From assembly GCA_040954595.2 (NCBI GenBank), contig CM082587.2, positions 11,041,403 through 11,105,402 on the forward strand: 64,000 nt of DNA, given 5' to 3'. The notes under the pieces are model-generated. The model did no database searches. It was not told the origin of the DNA and was given only the letters and a program-made list of their open reading frames with translations. Every line of letters begins with the position of its first letter. The stretch's first letter is position 1. The stretch comes from Balanoglossus misakiensis. Its lineage: Eukaryota; Animalia; Hemichordata. Positions 1 to 12,016 of this stretch are shown here, piece after piece. The translations under genes and the position numbers were made by a program.

Positions 1-378
1 TCAAAAAGGAGTGCATGAGTTTATTTAGCACGAAATCCGCGGTTTCTGGTGCAATACAATTTGAAAATACTTTCGAAAACCGAAGATGAAATCATTTTGT
101 CGCCGAGATATGACCGGTATATCGGTACGATGTTCAGTTTGAATCTGCGTGATTGACATATTATGCAAATCGAAGTTGGGCACCATTGATACGTAGTGGC
201 GTTGATTGCAAAGTGTGCGAGACCTGACAATGGGGATATGATCGTACCAAATTTATCAAACATGAACATGCACACATCCATAAAATCGGTAGTTCTCTTC
301 TTGGAAATTGTGTTGGTCCTGAAAAGGACCGTTTGTATTTGTGTATCAACCGTACAAAGTGAAGAGGGGAAAGCCTCA

Positions 379-751
379 TCAGTGCAATTTATGCCCAACC
401 TACGAAACACCGGGTAAATTCGGGTAGAGACCACGGACTAGCCAAGACTGCCTATGTGTGGTTACACATTGCGAACAAAAACAAAATTCACAGGAGTTGA
501 CCGAATCTCCGGAAGCCGATGTGCTCATGGACACGGTGTTTACTTCGACGGCTGCTGCATCCGACAGACCGGCAGTGTCCCCCGCATCAAACTCGCCGGT
601 AGCCGATACCACGCACGGTACTAACCCCCGCGGTCGCAGCAGGTGAACTTATGTGCCCCCGCTGGTCGATGACCGAAAGCTCGGCAGAGAAAATTGCCAG
701 TGCTTTCTCCTGCTCTTCAGTGACCGCTATCTTGATAATTCGTGTCGACAT
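379..751 (-). pseudogene. Degenerate Cys-rich ORF resembling the P2X7-ballast/KolX-like transposon-associated proteins of marine invertebrates; internally deleted
   Basis: Minus strand reads MSTRIIKIAVTEEQEKAL..., then after a frameshift CEFCFCSQCVTTHRQSWL fused directly to VRGLYPNLPGVS*VGHKLH*. The CxxCFCxPCVT and VRxxYPxxxGxxYxGH motifs are the N- and C-terminal ends of this family as I recall it; the middle is missing. Confidence 0.4.
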
Positions 752-2054
752 GATAGATTCAGCTGACAACACGTTCCGCGGGTGCCTAAGAACTAGCTGG
801 ATCGCGTAAGTATAGAAATGTGTTTGCTTTTGGCGGGCGCGGGATGCCCATTTGAGGTCAATTGTTGTAACAATATATAGTGGCGTCAGAGCTTTAGCCA
901 CGCCTACATTTTATTGATTTTTGCTCGGTAGGGCCCTACCGAGCGTTCCGCCTTTAACAATAATATACTATTATAACATTGCATAGATTCCAGTTTGTTT
1001 CTGTCCATATCTCACAAACTGTGGTGTGCATACTGTTGAAATGACCTCAAGAAGAAAATGCCAAATGGAAAAATATTTGACATACTAACCTGTATGATAA
1101 TGTTATACGATACATTATATTTAACGGTTCCAATCAAATGTTGAGAACTAAGAAAACAATTTGAGCAGAATTCATTTAAAATTAATTGCAGTTCCGTTTC
1201 ACCGCATTTCATAGGATGATGGCTAAAATTCATAGTATGGTGGATTACCTGTTATGCATTTCTTTCCCTATTTCGTCTGGCAGATTTGAGTTTGACAAGC
1301 TGTCATTTCCCTTTCAGCTCCGCAAAATTGATGGATTTACTTTGACAGCACACAGACTGTCCATTTGTCATCGGAGATACAAGCAGCATCAGGTGCTGAA
1401 CAGCTTGCAGCAGTGTTTGAAAAGAGTACACCACACTAACTTGCAAGAGTGCTTTGGCCCTTTCTTCACACTGTCCGAAACTTGTTGTGTTACATCATTG
1501 CTTAATGAATAAGAAATACACAGGTATTTAGCGTTCCATTCAATACCTACAATAGATAAAAGGGTGTCGGTCTGTATGCGACAATCTTCAATGTCCTTAT
1601 GAGCACAAGGCTTTATTCAGGGAACGTTTTACAGTAAGAATTATATGATATAAACTGAATAAGTTTGTTGTCTGTCAACTCTTCTGTCTTTGTCTTACCG
1701 ATACGGTTCTAACCGCGAACACTGAGGCTTCTCTGCTCGTACACAGTATAAATCAATGGATGATAAAATGCGCCCTCTTTTGGTGAACTCTTCCTACCGC
1801 CCGACCTTCTACCTTACATTAAGGCATGTAGGGCGGTCAGGTAGATGGCAGTGTATTGCAAGCGTCTCTTGCATATTTTTTTCCGCCAGGAATGGCATAC
1901 ATTCGTTTTTGGCGACACCACAACTGCTGGAACTTCTCGAAAAATTGAGAGCCGGATTTCATAAATGCTCATGTTTTCCGAAGGGCTGAAATAAGATCCA
2001 GAGTGGAATATTTAAATTTGCCTGTGGCAGACATCATAGTGGCTGCCAGTTATT

Positions 2055-2250
2055 CTATTTCTTGTGCAAGAGATAGTATCTTGTTCCAGCGAGATGTTTT
2101 CTCGTGTGCACGAGAAACATGCTATCTCGTGCATATCTCGTGCGCACGAGAAAATTGCGAGCGCACTCATGTTCACGAGAAAATATCACATGCACACGTA
2201 AGTCGTGCGCACGAGATAAAAAAAATGTGCCCTGTAGTCTTTCTTAGGAC
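2055..2250. repeat. Degenerate cluster of CTCGTGCGCACGAG palindromes; probable terminus of an old IS3EU-like DNA transposon
   Basis: Repeated tctcgtgtgcacgaga, tctcgtgcgcacgaga and tcgtgcgcacgaga motifs, followed by AAAAAAATGTGCCCTGTAGTCTTTCTTAG. Confidence 0.4.
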
Positions 2251-4852
2251 ATGATAGCGTGACGTCGCATTGTAATTAACGGACGATCTTGGAAATTCGG
2301 CTATTAATGGTGAATGGACTTTCGCCTCCTTCGAACAACAACAGAGACTGACGTCGCAACAATGACAGAAAAGTGAAGCAAATGGCCGACAAAACGAAGA
2401 GAATCGGAAAACGGGCAGGATCCTCGGCACAGACATCTGGGAATAATACCACCACATCAAATAGAACGACGAGTAGTGCAGGACAAACCGCCACCAGTGA
2501 CTATGACAGAGTCTGAAGGCGATGCTGGCGAACCCTTGCACAATACAACTACAGTCCTACAGAGAAATGCAGCCCAGCGCCACTCAAGATTTTCCATTCC
2601 TGGTCTGGCAGCAGCCAAAATATGTTGTTGTTTTTTCTCTTAGAAGCGACCTCAGTCTGAGCTGCATGAGAATAAACTGTAGGTTGGGAATACTTGGAAT
2701 TTAGCGAGCTCAACAAAAAAACACGCAGTCGCTGCGGTCAACACGTAGCTATTTGTTTCGGTTTTATGTTCGCTACAGCTCGGAAACCAAAATGTGGTAC
2801 AACTTCAAGCTACATAAACTGGAAAGCATAGTACGTGCAGAGCAGACCATGGTGACGAAAGCAGGTATTCTCGGTCGTAAGATAAAAACACGGCGCTAGA
2901 AATAATGTAATTGTTGGCGCACAGAAAGTCCAGTCGATAAACGTTTACGCTATAGAAACTCACTCTCTCAGCAAAAGTCTGTCACCCTCGTCAATGACAA
3001 AACGCAAACCGAGCTTGGTATGATCAAGTCAAACATAGGGCCAATCCCCACTCTGTGTTTTATTATTTTCCACATACGATGGTTCTAAATAAAAATGTAC
3101 CTATTTGAAATGCTTACCGAGGTAAGATCATTGAAAGTTTTCAAACGTTGATGACAAATGTATAACTGATTTTTTACAATGAATAATCGCGCACTTGCAT
3201 GTTATTTTCTCTATACCAGACACCGCGCGCGCGCCGTTGGCAAAAAAAAACGCGGAAAATTATTGAGCATGCGCAGTCGATACTTCAAATTGTAAACAAG
3301 ATGGCGTCGCTGCCTATGCTTCTGGACCGCTGTCGCCCGACTATGTCGGCAAAGAAGAGACGAATTTAACCATGCAACGCCATATCGGAAGATAGAATGA
3401 TCGCGAGATGAAACCGGGCTATCCAACGATTAGGCAGCCATGTTGACTGATTGGTATGTCGCCGAAGTAATTATTTGCCATTGATTTGTTTACCAGAAAC
3501 GGTTTGCCTTTGGAACACATTTGGCCTCACCGAAATTGATTTCAGAGGTTTTTTCCCAAAAACTAATGACGTTCGTTTTCACCTGAGTGCGAGAATGGAT
3601 TGAAGGGACACAAGCTTTTGTAGCCACCAATATTTTGACACTCTTTATATCAATGTTGAGCTGTGCAATCTAGTCCTTTGGGTTAATAGGAAAACGAGGT
3701 CAATAAATGACAGGTTTATTTAAATACATGATATATTTATCACAAGCACTTATGCATATGTATGAGATACTTATTTATTTTTAATTTATTTTTTATTTTT
3801 AATTTATTTTGTACGTTCAGGTAATCATATGGATTTGTATGGAATCACATACACATTAATTGAAGACTATCATATCACAGAAGTCGAGCCGCCAGATGTG
3901 TAAGGTAACCATTTAGGTTTCATGACTAAGTTTGTTTAAGAATTCATAAAGCTACCCAATGAATGAATTTCCTTAAAATTTCACAAATGTGACAGAGTTT
4001 GCAGTTGTGCAAGAAAGTGTGTATTATTCACATAAGAATTTTTTCGTATGCATTTTTCTGATGGCAATGCATTTGACTGTAAACAAATATTGACGTCAGT
4101 TAGTAGTGCTATTTTGTCAGTGAAATGTATGGAACGCCGTAACTGTCTTATATGATTACAGGAAATATTGTCTTCCGCATTTATAGTACATGATAGGCAT
4201 TGCAGTTAAATTATATGCATTTGTTAATATTGCCAACTATTTTGTCTCTTTATTCAAGCCATTTAGTTTACCATCCTAGCCATTTGTCATACTATTATAG
4301 CCAAACATTGTGATTTCTAATCCTCTTCTCCGTTTATACTAGTTATTTACCATATTACGTTAGGCATTCGTCATATTACGGGAGACATTTTGTGTATTGT
4401 ATTACGCAATTGGTATGCAATTATTGGCATTTTACAGTCTTTTATTACTTTATGTTAGTTATTTGGTATATCCTGTTTGACATTGCAGTTGAATTATGTG
4501 CATTTAGCGTACCATCCTAGCTATTTGCCATAATGTTAAACTCTTGTTAGGTTAATACTGGTAATTTAATAAATTATTTAAGACATTTGTTACATTATTT
4601 TGGGCATATATGATAATCTTTCACTCTTTTCTTAGTTTTTGCAGGTTATCTTGTTAACCTGGTTAGGCATTTGTCTTATTATTTAAGGCATCTATGATTA
4701 ATTTTAATTCCTTTGCCAGTTTGTGCTAGTTATTTTGTAGATCTATCTAGACAAATGTCAGATTATCTTACGCATTTTTACAATGTTTATGCTTTCGCCG
4801 TTTTGTCATAGCCATTCACTTCGTTGTGGTAGACAATGTTGGGCCCATTAGT

Positions 4853-5163
4853 GAGGGCGCTGCTCCAGTGGTAGTCTTCTGGCGTATCGTCATAGGCAAT
4901 TTGTACATCATGCAAGGCATTTTCGTTATTGTAGGCATTTGTGCTGGCGTATCGTCATAGGCAATTTGTACATCATGCAAGGCATTTTCGTTATTGTAGG
5001 CATTTGTGAGGGCGCTGCTCCAGTGGTAGTCTTCTGGCGTATCGTCATAGGCAATTTGTACATCATGCAAGGCATTTTCGTTATTGTAGGCATTTGTGCT
5101 GGCGTATCGTCATAGGCAATTTGTACATCATGCAAGGCATTTTCGTTATTGTAGGCATTTGTG
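4853..5163. repeat. Tandem 65/90-bp (155-bp dimer) repeat inside the left TIR, 4 core copies
   Basis: ggcgtatcgtcataggcaatttgtacatc starts at 4881, 4946, 5036 and 5101. Confidence 0.9.
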
Positions 5164-5397
5164 CGGGCGCTGTTCGGCAATCCCAATGAATCATGGGAAA
5201 TAAAGCGGGGTCACGGGGTCATTCGTGCCAAAACTCTGCAAAGCGTGAGTGGTGTTCTATGGCAGTGCATTCGTATCAGGGCAAGTTTCAACATAGCGCT
5301 GGGTCACGATACGCATTTTTCTACAAACAATCACGTAAAAAGCAATAACATAAACACAGCTATATCGACTGTAACTTATTTTTTCGGAATATCTATA

Positions 5398-6150
5398 AAT
5401 TTTGAAGTCCACAAGGGGGGGGGGGGGTCATTGGTTTTTTTTAAACGTTTAGGGGGGTGGGGTCACATACTTTTGCCACCGAACTTTTGCTTTAGAGTCC
5501 ACAAAATTGCAGTTTCGCACCCTTTATTTTACAAAATTTTCTCATGTGGGAGGTGGACACCCCCTCCCACACCCACCCCCTTCATTCTCCGCCACATTTC
5601 ATTTTGGGCTGGTTTGTCTAGTGTACCAGGGAAGATTTCTTGCCACCCCACCCCCGATGCTTACTTTGAGTGGAGTGGCAAAATTAAAATTTGTCCTCCC
5701 TAACATTTAGTTAATTTGTTTTTGAGTTCATTAAATTGCAACTTTGAGCACCGTATTTTACAAAAAAGCAGTCCCCCTCCCACACCCACCCCCATCACTT
5801 TTCTTGTTTTACCGATTCCAGCAACTATTTTATTGACTTGTCATTTTAATTTGTTCATGGATTTCTTTATTGCAACGATATACTATTATATACTTCAATA
5901 ATACTTTAAGAAATTTATAATTGAGGTGTGAGGAGCCTCATTCCCTTTATTGCATACAGTGTACATAGGATCAGGACGGCGAATGTTTTGGGCGTGGGGG
6001 GGGGGAGGTCATCATATTTTTGGGTCTGTCAAAGGGGGGGGTCATCATTTTTTGGTCCTGGGTGAAGGGGGGGTCGGCCTGATTTTGAGAACCGATGACA
6101 CAAACTTGCCAGCCCCCCCCCCCCCTGCCGTAAAAACTGAACGGTCCCTT
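5398..6150. mobile_element. Fragment of a G/C-tract-rich MITE-like dispersed repeat (possibly PIF/Harbinger-type end)
   Basis: Ends in CCCCCTGCCGTAAAAACTGAACGGTCCCTTA. Its core GAGTCCACAAAA(T)TGCAGTTTCGCACCCTTTATTTTACAAAATTTTCT recurs at ~26602-26650 and, inverted, at ~43752-43800. Confidence 0.55.
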
Positions 6151-6821
6151 AGCTACTAGTACAACAATTAACGTATTGATTGTAGGACATGTAAGGCCTA
6201 GGTCGTATACTCCGTTTTTAAGAAGACCAATTTTTAAAAGTATTACAATATTCATGAAAAGTATTTCGCTTGACTTGGAGCCCTAATCCGCCGTTTGACG
6301 GTGTGAACAATGCAGCAGACTGAGCAGCGGAGCCGCCGTCGGGGTTCTCCGTGGCTCCGGTGCAGTGCAAGGCCGAGTTCTCTTGTGGCTGGGGTATATA
6401 TTTCAATGAAATTGATATACATCAGTTTGTAATGACCAATCATCTTGACAAAAAATTATTTCCTTCGAAAGTCACATTTATTTATAAATAAACAGCTTAG
6501 GGAAATGTGCATGCCCACTGCGTTGCGACACTTTGAACAACGAACAGCACAACAAGATGACGAAAAACACATTTCACTGTGAGATAAGGATGATATTCCG
6601 AAAAAATAAGTTATAGTCGATATAGCTGTGTTTATGTTATTGCTTTTTACGTGATTGTTTGTAGAAAAATGCGTATCGTGACCCAGCGCTATGTTGAAAC
6701 TTGCCCTGATACGAATGCACTGCCATAGAACACCACTCACGCTTTGCAGAGTTTTGGCACGAATGACCCCGTGACCCCGCTTTATTTCCCATGCTTCATT
6801 GGGATTGCCGAACAGCGCCCG

Positions 6822-7288
6822 CACAAATGCCTACTATAACGAAAATGCCTTGCATGATGTACAAATTGCCTATGACGATACGCCAGCACAAATGCCTACA
6901 ATAACGAAAATGCCTTGCATGATGTACAAATTGCCTATGACGATACGCCAGAAGACTACCACTGGAGCAGCGCCCTCACAAATGCCTACAATAACGAAAA
7001 TGCCTTGCATGATGTACAAATTGCCTATGACGATACGCCAGCACAAATGCCTACAATAACGAAAATGCCTTGCATGATGTACAAATTGCCTATGACGATA
7101 CGCCAGAAGACTACCACTGGAGCAGCGCCCTCACAAATGCCTACAATAACGAAAATGCCTTGCATGATGTACAAATTGCCTATGACGATACGCCAGCACA
7201 AATGCCTACAATAACGAAAATGCCTTGCATGATGTATAAATTGCCTATGACGATACGCCAGAAGACTACCACTGGAGCAGCGCCCTCA
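6822..7288. repeat. Tandem 65/90-bp repeat inside the right TIR, 6 core copies
   Basis: Reverse complement of the 4853-5163 array with one extra 155-bp dimer; the ORF track repeats at 6915 and 7070. Confidence 0.9.
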
Positions 7289-9169
7289 CTAATGGGCCCA
7301 ACATTGTCTACCACAACGAAGTGAATGGCTATGACAAAACGGCGAAAGCATAAACATTGTAAAAATGCGTAAGATAATCTGACATTTGTCTAGATAGATC
7401 TACAAAATAACTAGCACAAACTGGCAAAGGAATTAAAATTAATCATAGATGCCTTAAATAATAAGACAAATGCCTAACCAAGTTAACAAGATAACTTGCA
7501 AAAACTAAGAAAAGAGTGAAAGATTATAATATATGCCCAAAATAATGTAACAAATGTCTTAAATAATTTATTAAATTACCAGTATTAACCTAACAAGAGT
7601 TTAACATTATGGCAAATAGCTAGGATGGTACGCTAAATGCACATAATTCAACTGCAATGCCAAACAGGATATACCAAATAACTAACATAAAGTAATAAAA
7701 GACTACGCATTATGAAAAAATGCCAATAATTGCATACCAAATGCGTAATACAATACACACAATGAATAACGTAATATGACAAATGCCTAACGTAATATGG
7801 TAAATAACTAGTATAAACGGAGAAGAGGATTAGAAATCACAATGTTTGGCTATAATAGTATGACAAATGGCTAGGATGGTAAACTAAATGGCTTGAATAA
7901 AGTGACAAAATAGTTGGCAATATTAACAAATGCATATAATTTAACTGCAATGCCTAGCATGTACTATAAATGCGGAAGACAATATTTCCTGTAATCATAT
8001 AAGACAGTTACGGCGTTCCATAGAAATGGCTTCATCATCATCCCTCCAACCAAAGTTGAAACAGAGTTGCAAATATTGCACAGCTTGAAATCATAAAATG
8101 TTGCAAAATTGAACCAACCGTTTGGTCAACGATTATGTTCTTACAGCTATTATTAGAACCAGACAGTCTCAGGTAACAAGAGACATGGGCCTGATTTGCA
8201 AGTTGAGTTAGAACTGCCTTTGCCTGCCCACGGACGCCCCAATTTCAGCAAAAATTATTGCATTAAAATATGAGTATGGAGAACTATGCTCTGTGTTTCT
8301 TTTGTTAGCTTACATAGCTGTTGTCATTCTAGTTTTTCCTCCGTCCTGTGAGCAGAGTTTCAGTTGCGAAAACCGACAGTTCTCAAAGTACAAAAGTACA
8401 CCTAAATTGCCTCGGTGATGAGCATGCAGAATTTATCTGATGCTTCTTACTGGCAGAAGGACCCCACCAGTTGCAGATTGTGAATTCCATGGCACAAGGG
8501 AATTTACGCTTTGCGTTCAAATATAAATAATTAAATCCTGTAAAATTATTCTATATGTTATTTATTGATGATTCAAAAGTGTTATGACTGATTGTGTTAG
8601 AGTACCTGTATTCCATATAAGCATGCTGTCAGTGCACATCCGATTGATAACAATTTCACATTTTTAAAAATTTGCTTCTCTGAATAATTATGAATACATA
8701 AAACTTCATATGATATAAATTGTCCTGATATCGTAAACATTAAACCCCGATGCGTGGTATAAAATACCCCCCAAATCAGTGGCGAATCTTAATGCCGTTT
8801 GACTGACAACAGACAACACCAACGATCTTGGCTCTATGAAAATCGGCCCAAACAGATCCAAGCATAAAGAATTACACCACACAACGACAGTGGTTGGCTT
8901 TATAAACACACACAACATAAAGTTATCGATGAAAAAGTACACGAGCTTTTGAAACAACGATGATTTTGGGAGAAATCTGGTTTCAGTGCTTTTCAGAAGC
9001 ATCCCTGGGAAACAATAACCACGCCATTCAAACAGCTGTCAATCGCATAGAGGTGTAAAGTGTTCAATTATTTTCTATGTACATGAGATCAATTACACAG
9101 TTATTATGCACGACGACCACTCCCAAATAAACAACTGTACAAACACACGTTAATCCGAACCCCAGTACT

Positions 9170-10000
9170 TTCCGCACCGGGGTTTAAGGCCTAATGCTAG
9201 TGTCACAACATTGATTACCAGACCGTTTCCCTCTGTATGTATGTATGTATGTATGTATGTATGTATGCATGTATGCATGTGTTTGTGTGTGTGTGTACAT
9301 GTGTGTATGCATGTTACATGTATATATGGATGTATGTCTGCCCTGATCCAAAACATGAAACCACTTCGCGTATCACCTTGATATTTGGTGTGTAGATGGG
9401 ATTTTGCTTAAATGAAGTTGTCATTGCAAAAATACGCAAATAACCTGTGAAATATGTGGAATTGATCAAAACTCAACAACTGGTTAGACTGCTTTGAACA
9501 TTTGTATGCATGTAGGTAATGTCATCATACCTGATATACTTTGAGTTTATATCGTGAATTGTCTATTTTTTATGCAATTATTTTGTCTTGTTTTACCATT
9601 TGAAAAAAAATCTTTTCCTCTTAAAGAGATTGGCTGATTTCTTTAGAATTTAGTATGACACTTCCGGTAGGTGATCTTAGTTGGTTTTGTTTAAATTGTC
9701 GCAGAATTTGTAATCTGTCATTTTTGGTCAAAATTCATTTTCTGAGAAACTCCTTAGATTGCTTTTAAATTTTGGTATGCTTGTTCCAAGAGGTAACCCA
9801 AGTAATGTTGTATATCATTTTGGTGAAATTTACATATTGTGGTCTTGGGGCAATTTTTGCAATTTGTATTCTTTGAAACTACTAGTCAGATTGCTTTCAA
9901 CTTTGGTAGGCGTGGTGATTGAAGTAGATATTATACAATTTGTTGATAGTTGGATAGATGTGGTTTGAGGCAGTTTTTGTCATTGTTGAATGTTGTTTTC
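9170..10000 (+). mobile_element. Old Helentron-associated (HINE/DINE-1/pearl-like) non-autonomous element with a (TGTA)n microsatellite
   Basis: A (TGTA)n/(TG)n tract at ~9234-9338 is followed by a GATATTTGGTG motif and degenerate GATT...TTTGGTATG core repeats. Similar cores occur at ~12690-12980. Boundaries are approximate. Confidence 0.4.
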
Positions 10001-10817
10001 CCTACAATACTTGTCTGGTTCCTTTGAAATGTTCTTACAGTAGGTCATATCTGCTTGCCAATGTCACATGATTTTTCCCATGAACACAGACATACCTAAT
10101 TTTGTGTAATCCCCAGATGGGACCACAGTGTGTAATAACCTGACCAACAGTGACTAGTATATCCTGTGTGTTATACAGTACTTCTCACAAGGTTGAAGTA
10201 CATGTAGACTGTTGATGATTTGTTGCGATTCTTCAGAAACTTACAATACAGAGTCTAATGTGGTAACGTCCATGGTCACATTCAGAACTACCTAGTCTAT
10301 GCCCGGCAGTGTTCTGTCCGCTTTGCTTCCAAAACTAATGTCTGGCCTCACTCATGCCACTTGCCCAATAAACTAATACCCCTTGCTGGGAATTATGATG
10401 TAACTAGCGTCGCTTTGAAGCCTATAACATTACTGAACAGTGTTGATTTGGTGTAAGATTACAGTGAAGGCAGGGCTTATTACATTGAAAATGCTACCCA
10501 ACCTTAATTACACGTATGTATATCCTTTGTCTAATCATTGGAAAAACAATGTACATGTACCAAAGACTAAGTAGCTATTTGAAGGTGAATCGCAAGTGGG
10601 CACTTTCATTACTTAACCTCAAGCAGTCGGTTAGCTACCGTATACTAAGACAAACATTCCTGGTGTAATTAACATCACTGTCATTAGTAATATCTATCTC
10701 CAATCAGTATCAGTTCTGCCTTTATGTTATTTTAAGTCAATTGTCAAGGTTCATGTACATATATTACAGCTTAACTGTCTTGTCAAAAACTTACGCATGT
10801 ACATGTACCTAATTCTA

Positions 10818-12016
10818 GGCTTACCTGTATGGTTAGAGATACAGTGTTTTATATTAATATGCATTAATATGAAACTAAAATTTGATGGTTAATTTAAGAC
10901 CCCCCTGAGCAATGGTAACCTCGTTAAATATGTGCATATCTAATTCTAGGCTATTCAGCTGAAGTAGAAACCTGGACATGGACAACTTCGGGGTCAAAAT
11001 CTTTTGACAAACATTTGTGTGATCTTGGGTAAACTTTGACCTACATTCCTATATTTTAGCATCCGGAGCAGATACAACCTTGACACTTGGAGTGATGGAA
11101 CTATTTGATTGAGTATTATGTCTTGCCTCATTAATTATGTACTTACCTAATGCCAGCCTAACCAATAGGGCTGGAAGTCTGGCTTTTTGGACATGATAAA
11201 TTTGAGATCAACATTTTTCTACAGCAGCCAGCCTTCTCCTAAAAAGAATGGACAATATAAAGGCTTTGATGGTATACTGAACTTTTGACTCCCTCCCTGA
11301 GACTGTGTGCCAATGACGGGATAGCCTACTCAGCGTTGGGTAGATCCTAAGAAGGCCTCAGCCAGGCATCAAATACAAAAAGCGGGAATCCAAGCTTTAA
11401 TGGTGGGTTACATCGTTAACTTCCCTGCAGAGCTGATTTCTCAGACTGTGAGCCAATGACGGGTAAAGCCCCTAGGTAGGGGCCACCTAAGACAGGCCGG
11501 TCATGCTTTAATCACAAAGAAGGGCAAGTTCAGTCTTACCACAACTTTGTCTGCTGTATATGCTTCATAAAGATTGCAGAGTATTTTGAGAATACATTGT
11601 GTTAAGGCAGTGTGACCAGCTAAAATGTACTGGCAAACACAGCCAATGTGTAATGAAAAACATCTAATTTGGCTGAATAAAAGACACAGCAAAAGCACTG
11701 TGACTAGCTGAGACATAATACTCCATTATGCAGTTCCATCACTCCAAGTGTCAAGAATGTATCTGTGCCGGATGCCAAGATATAGGAATGTAGGTCAAAG
11801 TTTACCCAAGATCACCCAACATTTTGTCAAAAGATTTTGACCCCAAAGTTGTCCATGTCCAGGTTTCTACCGCAACTGGATAGCCTAGAATTAGATATGT
11901 ACATATTTAATGAGGTTACCATGGATCAAGGCAGTCCTAAGTAAACCATCAAATTTTTAGTTTCATGTTAATTCATGTTAATATAAAACGCTGTATCTCT
12001 AACCCACTGGTATGCC
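10818..12016. repeat. Inverted repeat with ~300-bp arms (10818-11123 and 11711-12016) and ~590-bp spacer
   Basis: gtagaaacctggacatggacaacttcggggtcaaaatcttttgacaa mirrors ttgtcaaaagattttgaccccaaagttgtccatgtccaggtttctac. Confidence 0.85.

Larger units (their letters stand above)
4128..8022. mobile_element. Non-autonomous foldback DNA transposon with ~1.3-1.4-kb TIRs, IS3EU-like
   Basis: Ends are TATGGAACGCCGTAAC...GTTACGGCGTTCCATA; TIRs span 4128-5393 and 6592-8022. The 6-bp TSD GAAATG lies at 4122-4127 and 8023-8028, and the empty site (single CATTTC) is at 13845-13850 in the other inverted arm. TAY..RTA ends with a 6-bp TSD are the IS3EU signature. Confidence 0.85.

Noticed and set aside
1700-1828. 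Possible THAP-domain start (MP*CKVEG...IH*F) on the minus strand
   Set aside because: It has two stops and lacks the second Cys and downstream THAP residues; too weak to call.
3290-3460. CpG-rich AAGATGGCG start resembling the first exon of a host gene
   Set aside because: The frame closes after 22 codons and no downstream exons could be linked.
4816-7324. Mirror-image ORFs (MHDVQIAYDD.., MGLPNSART.., MRALFGNPNE..)
   Set aside because: They are translations of tandem repeats and TIR arms with no domain motifs.
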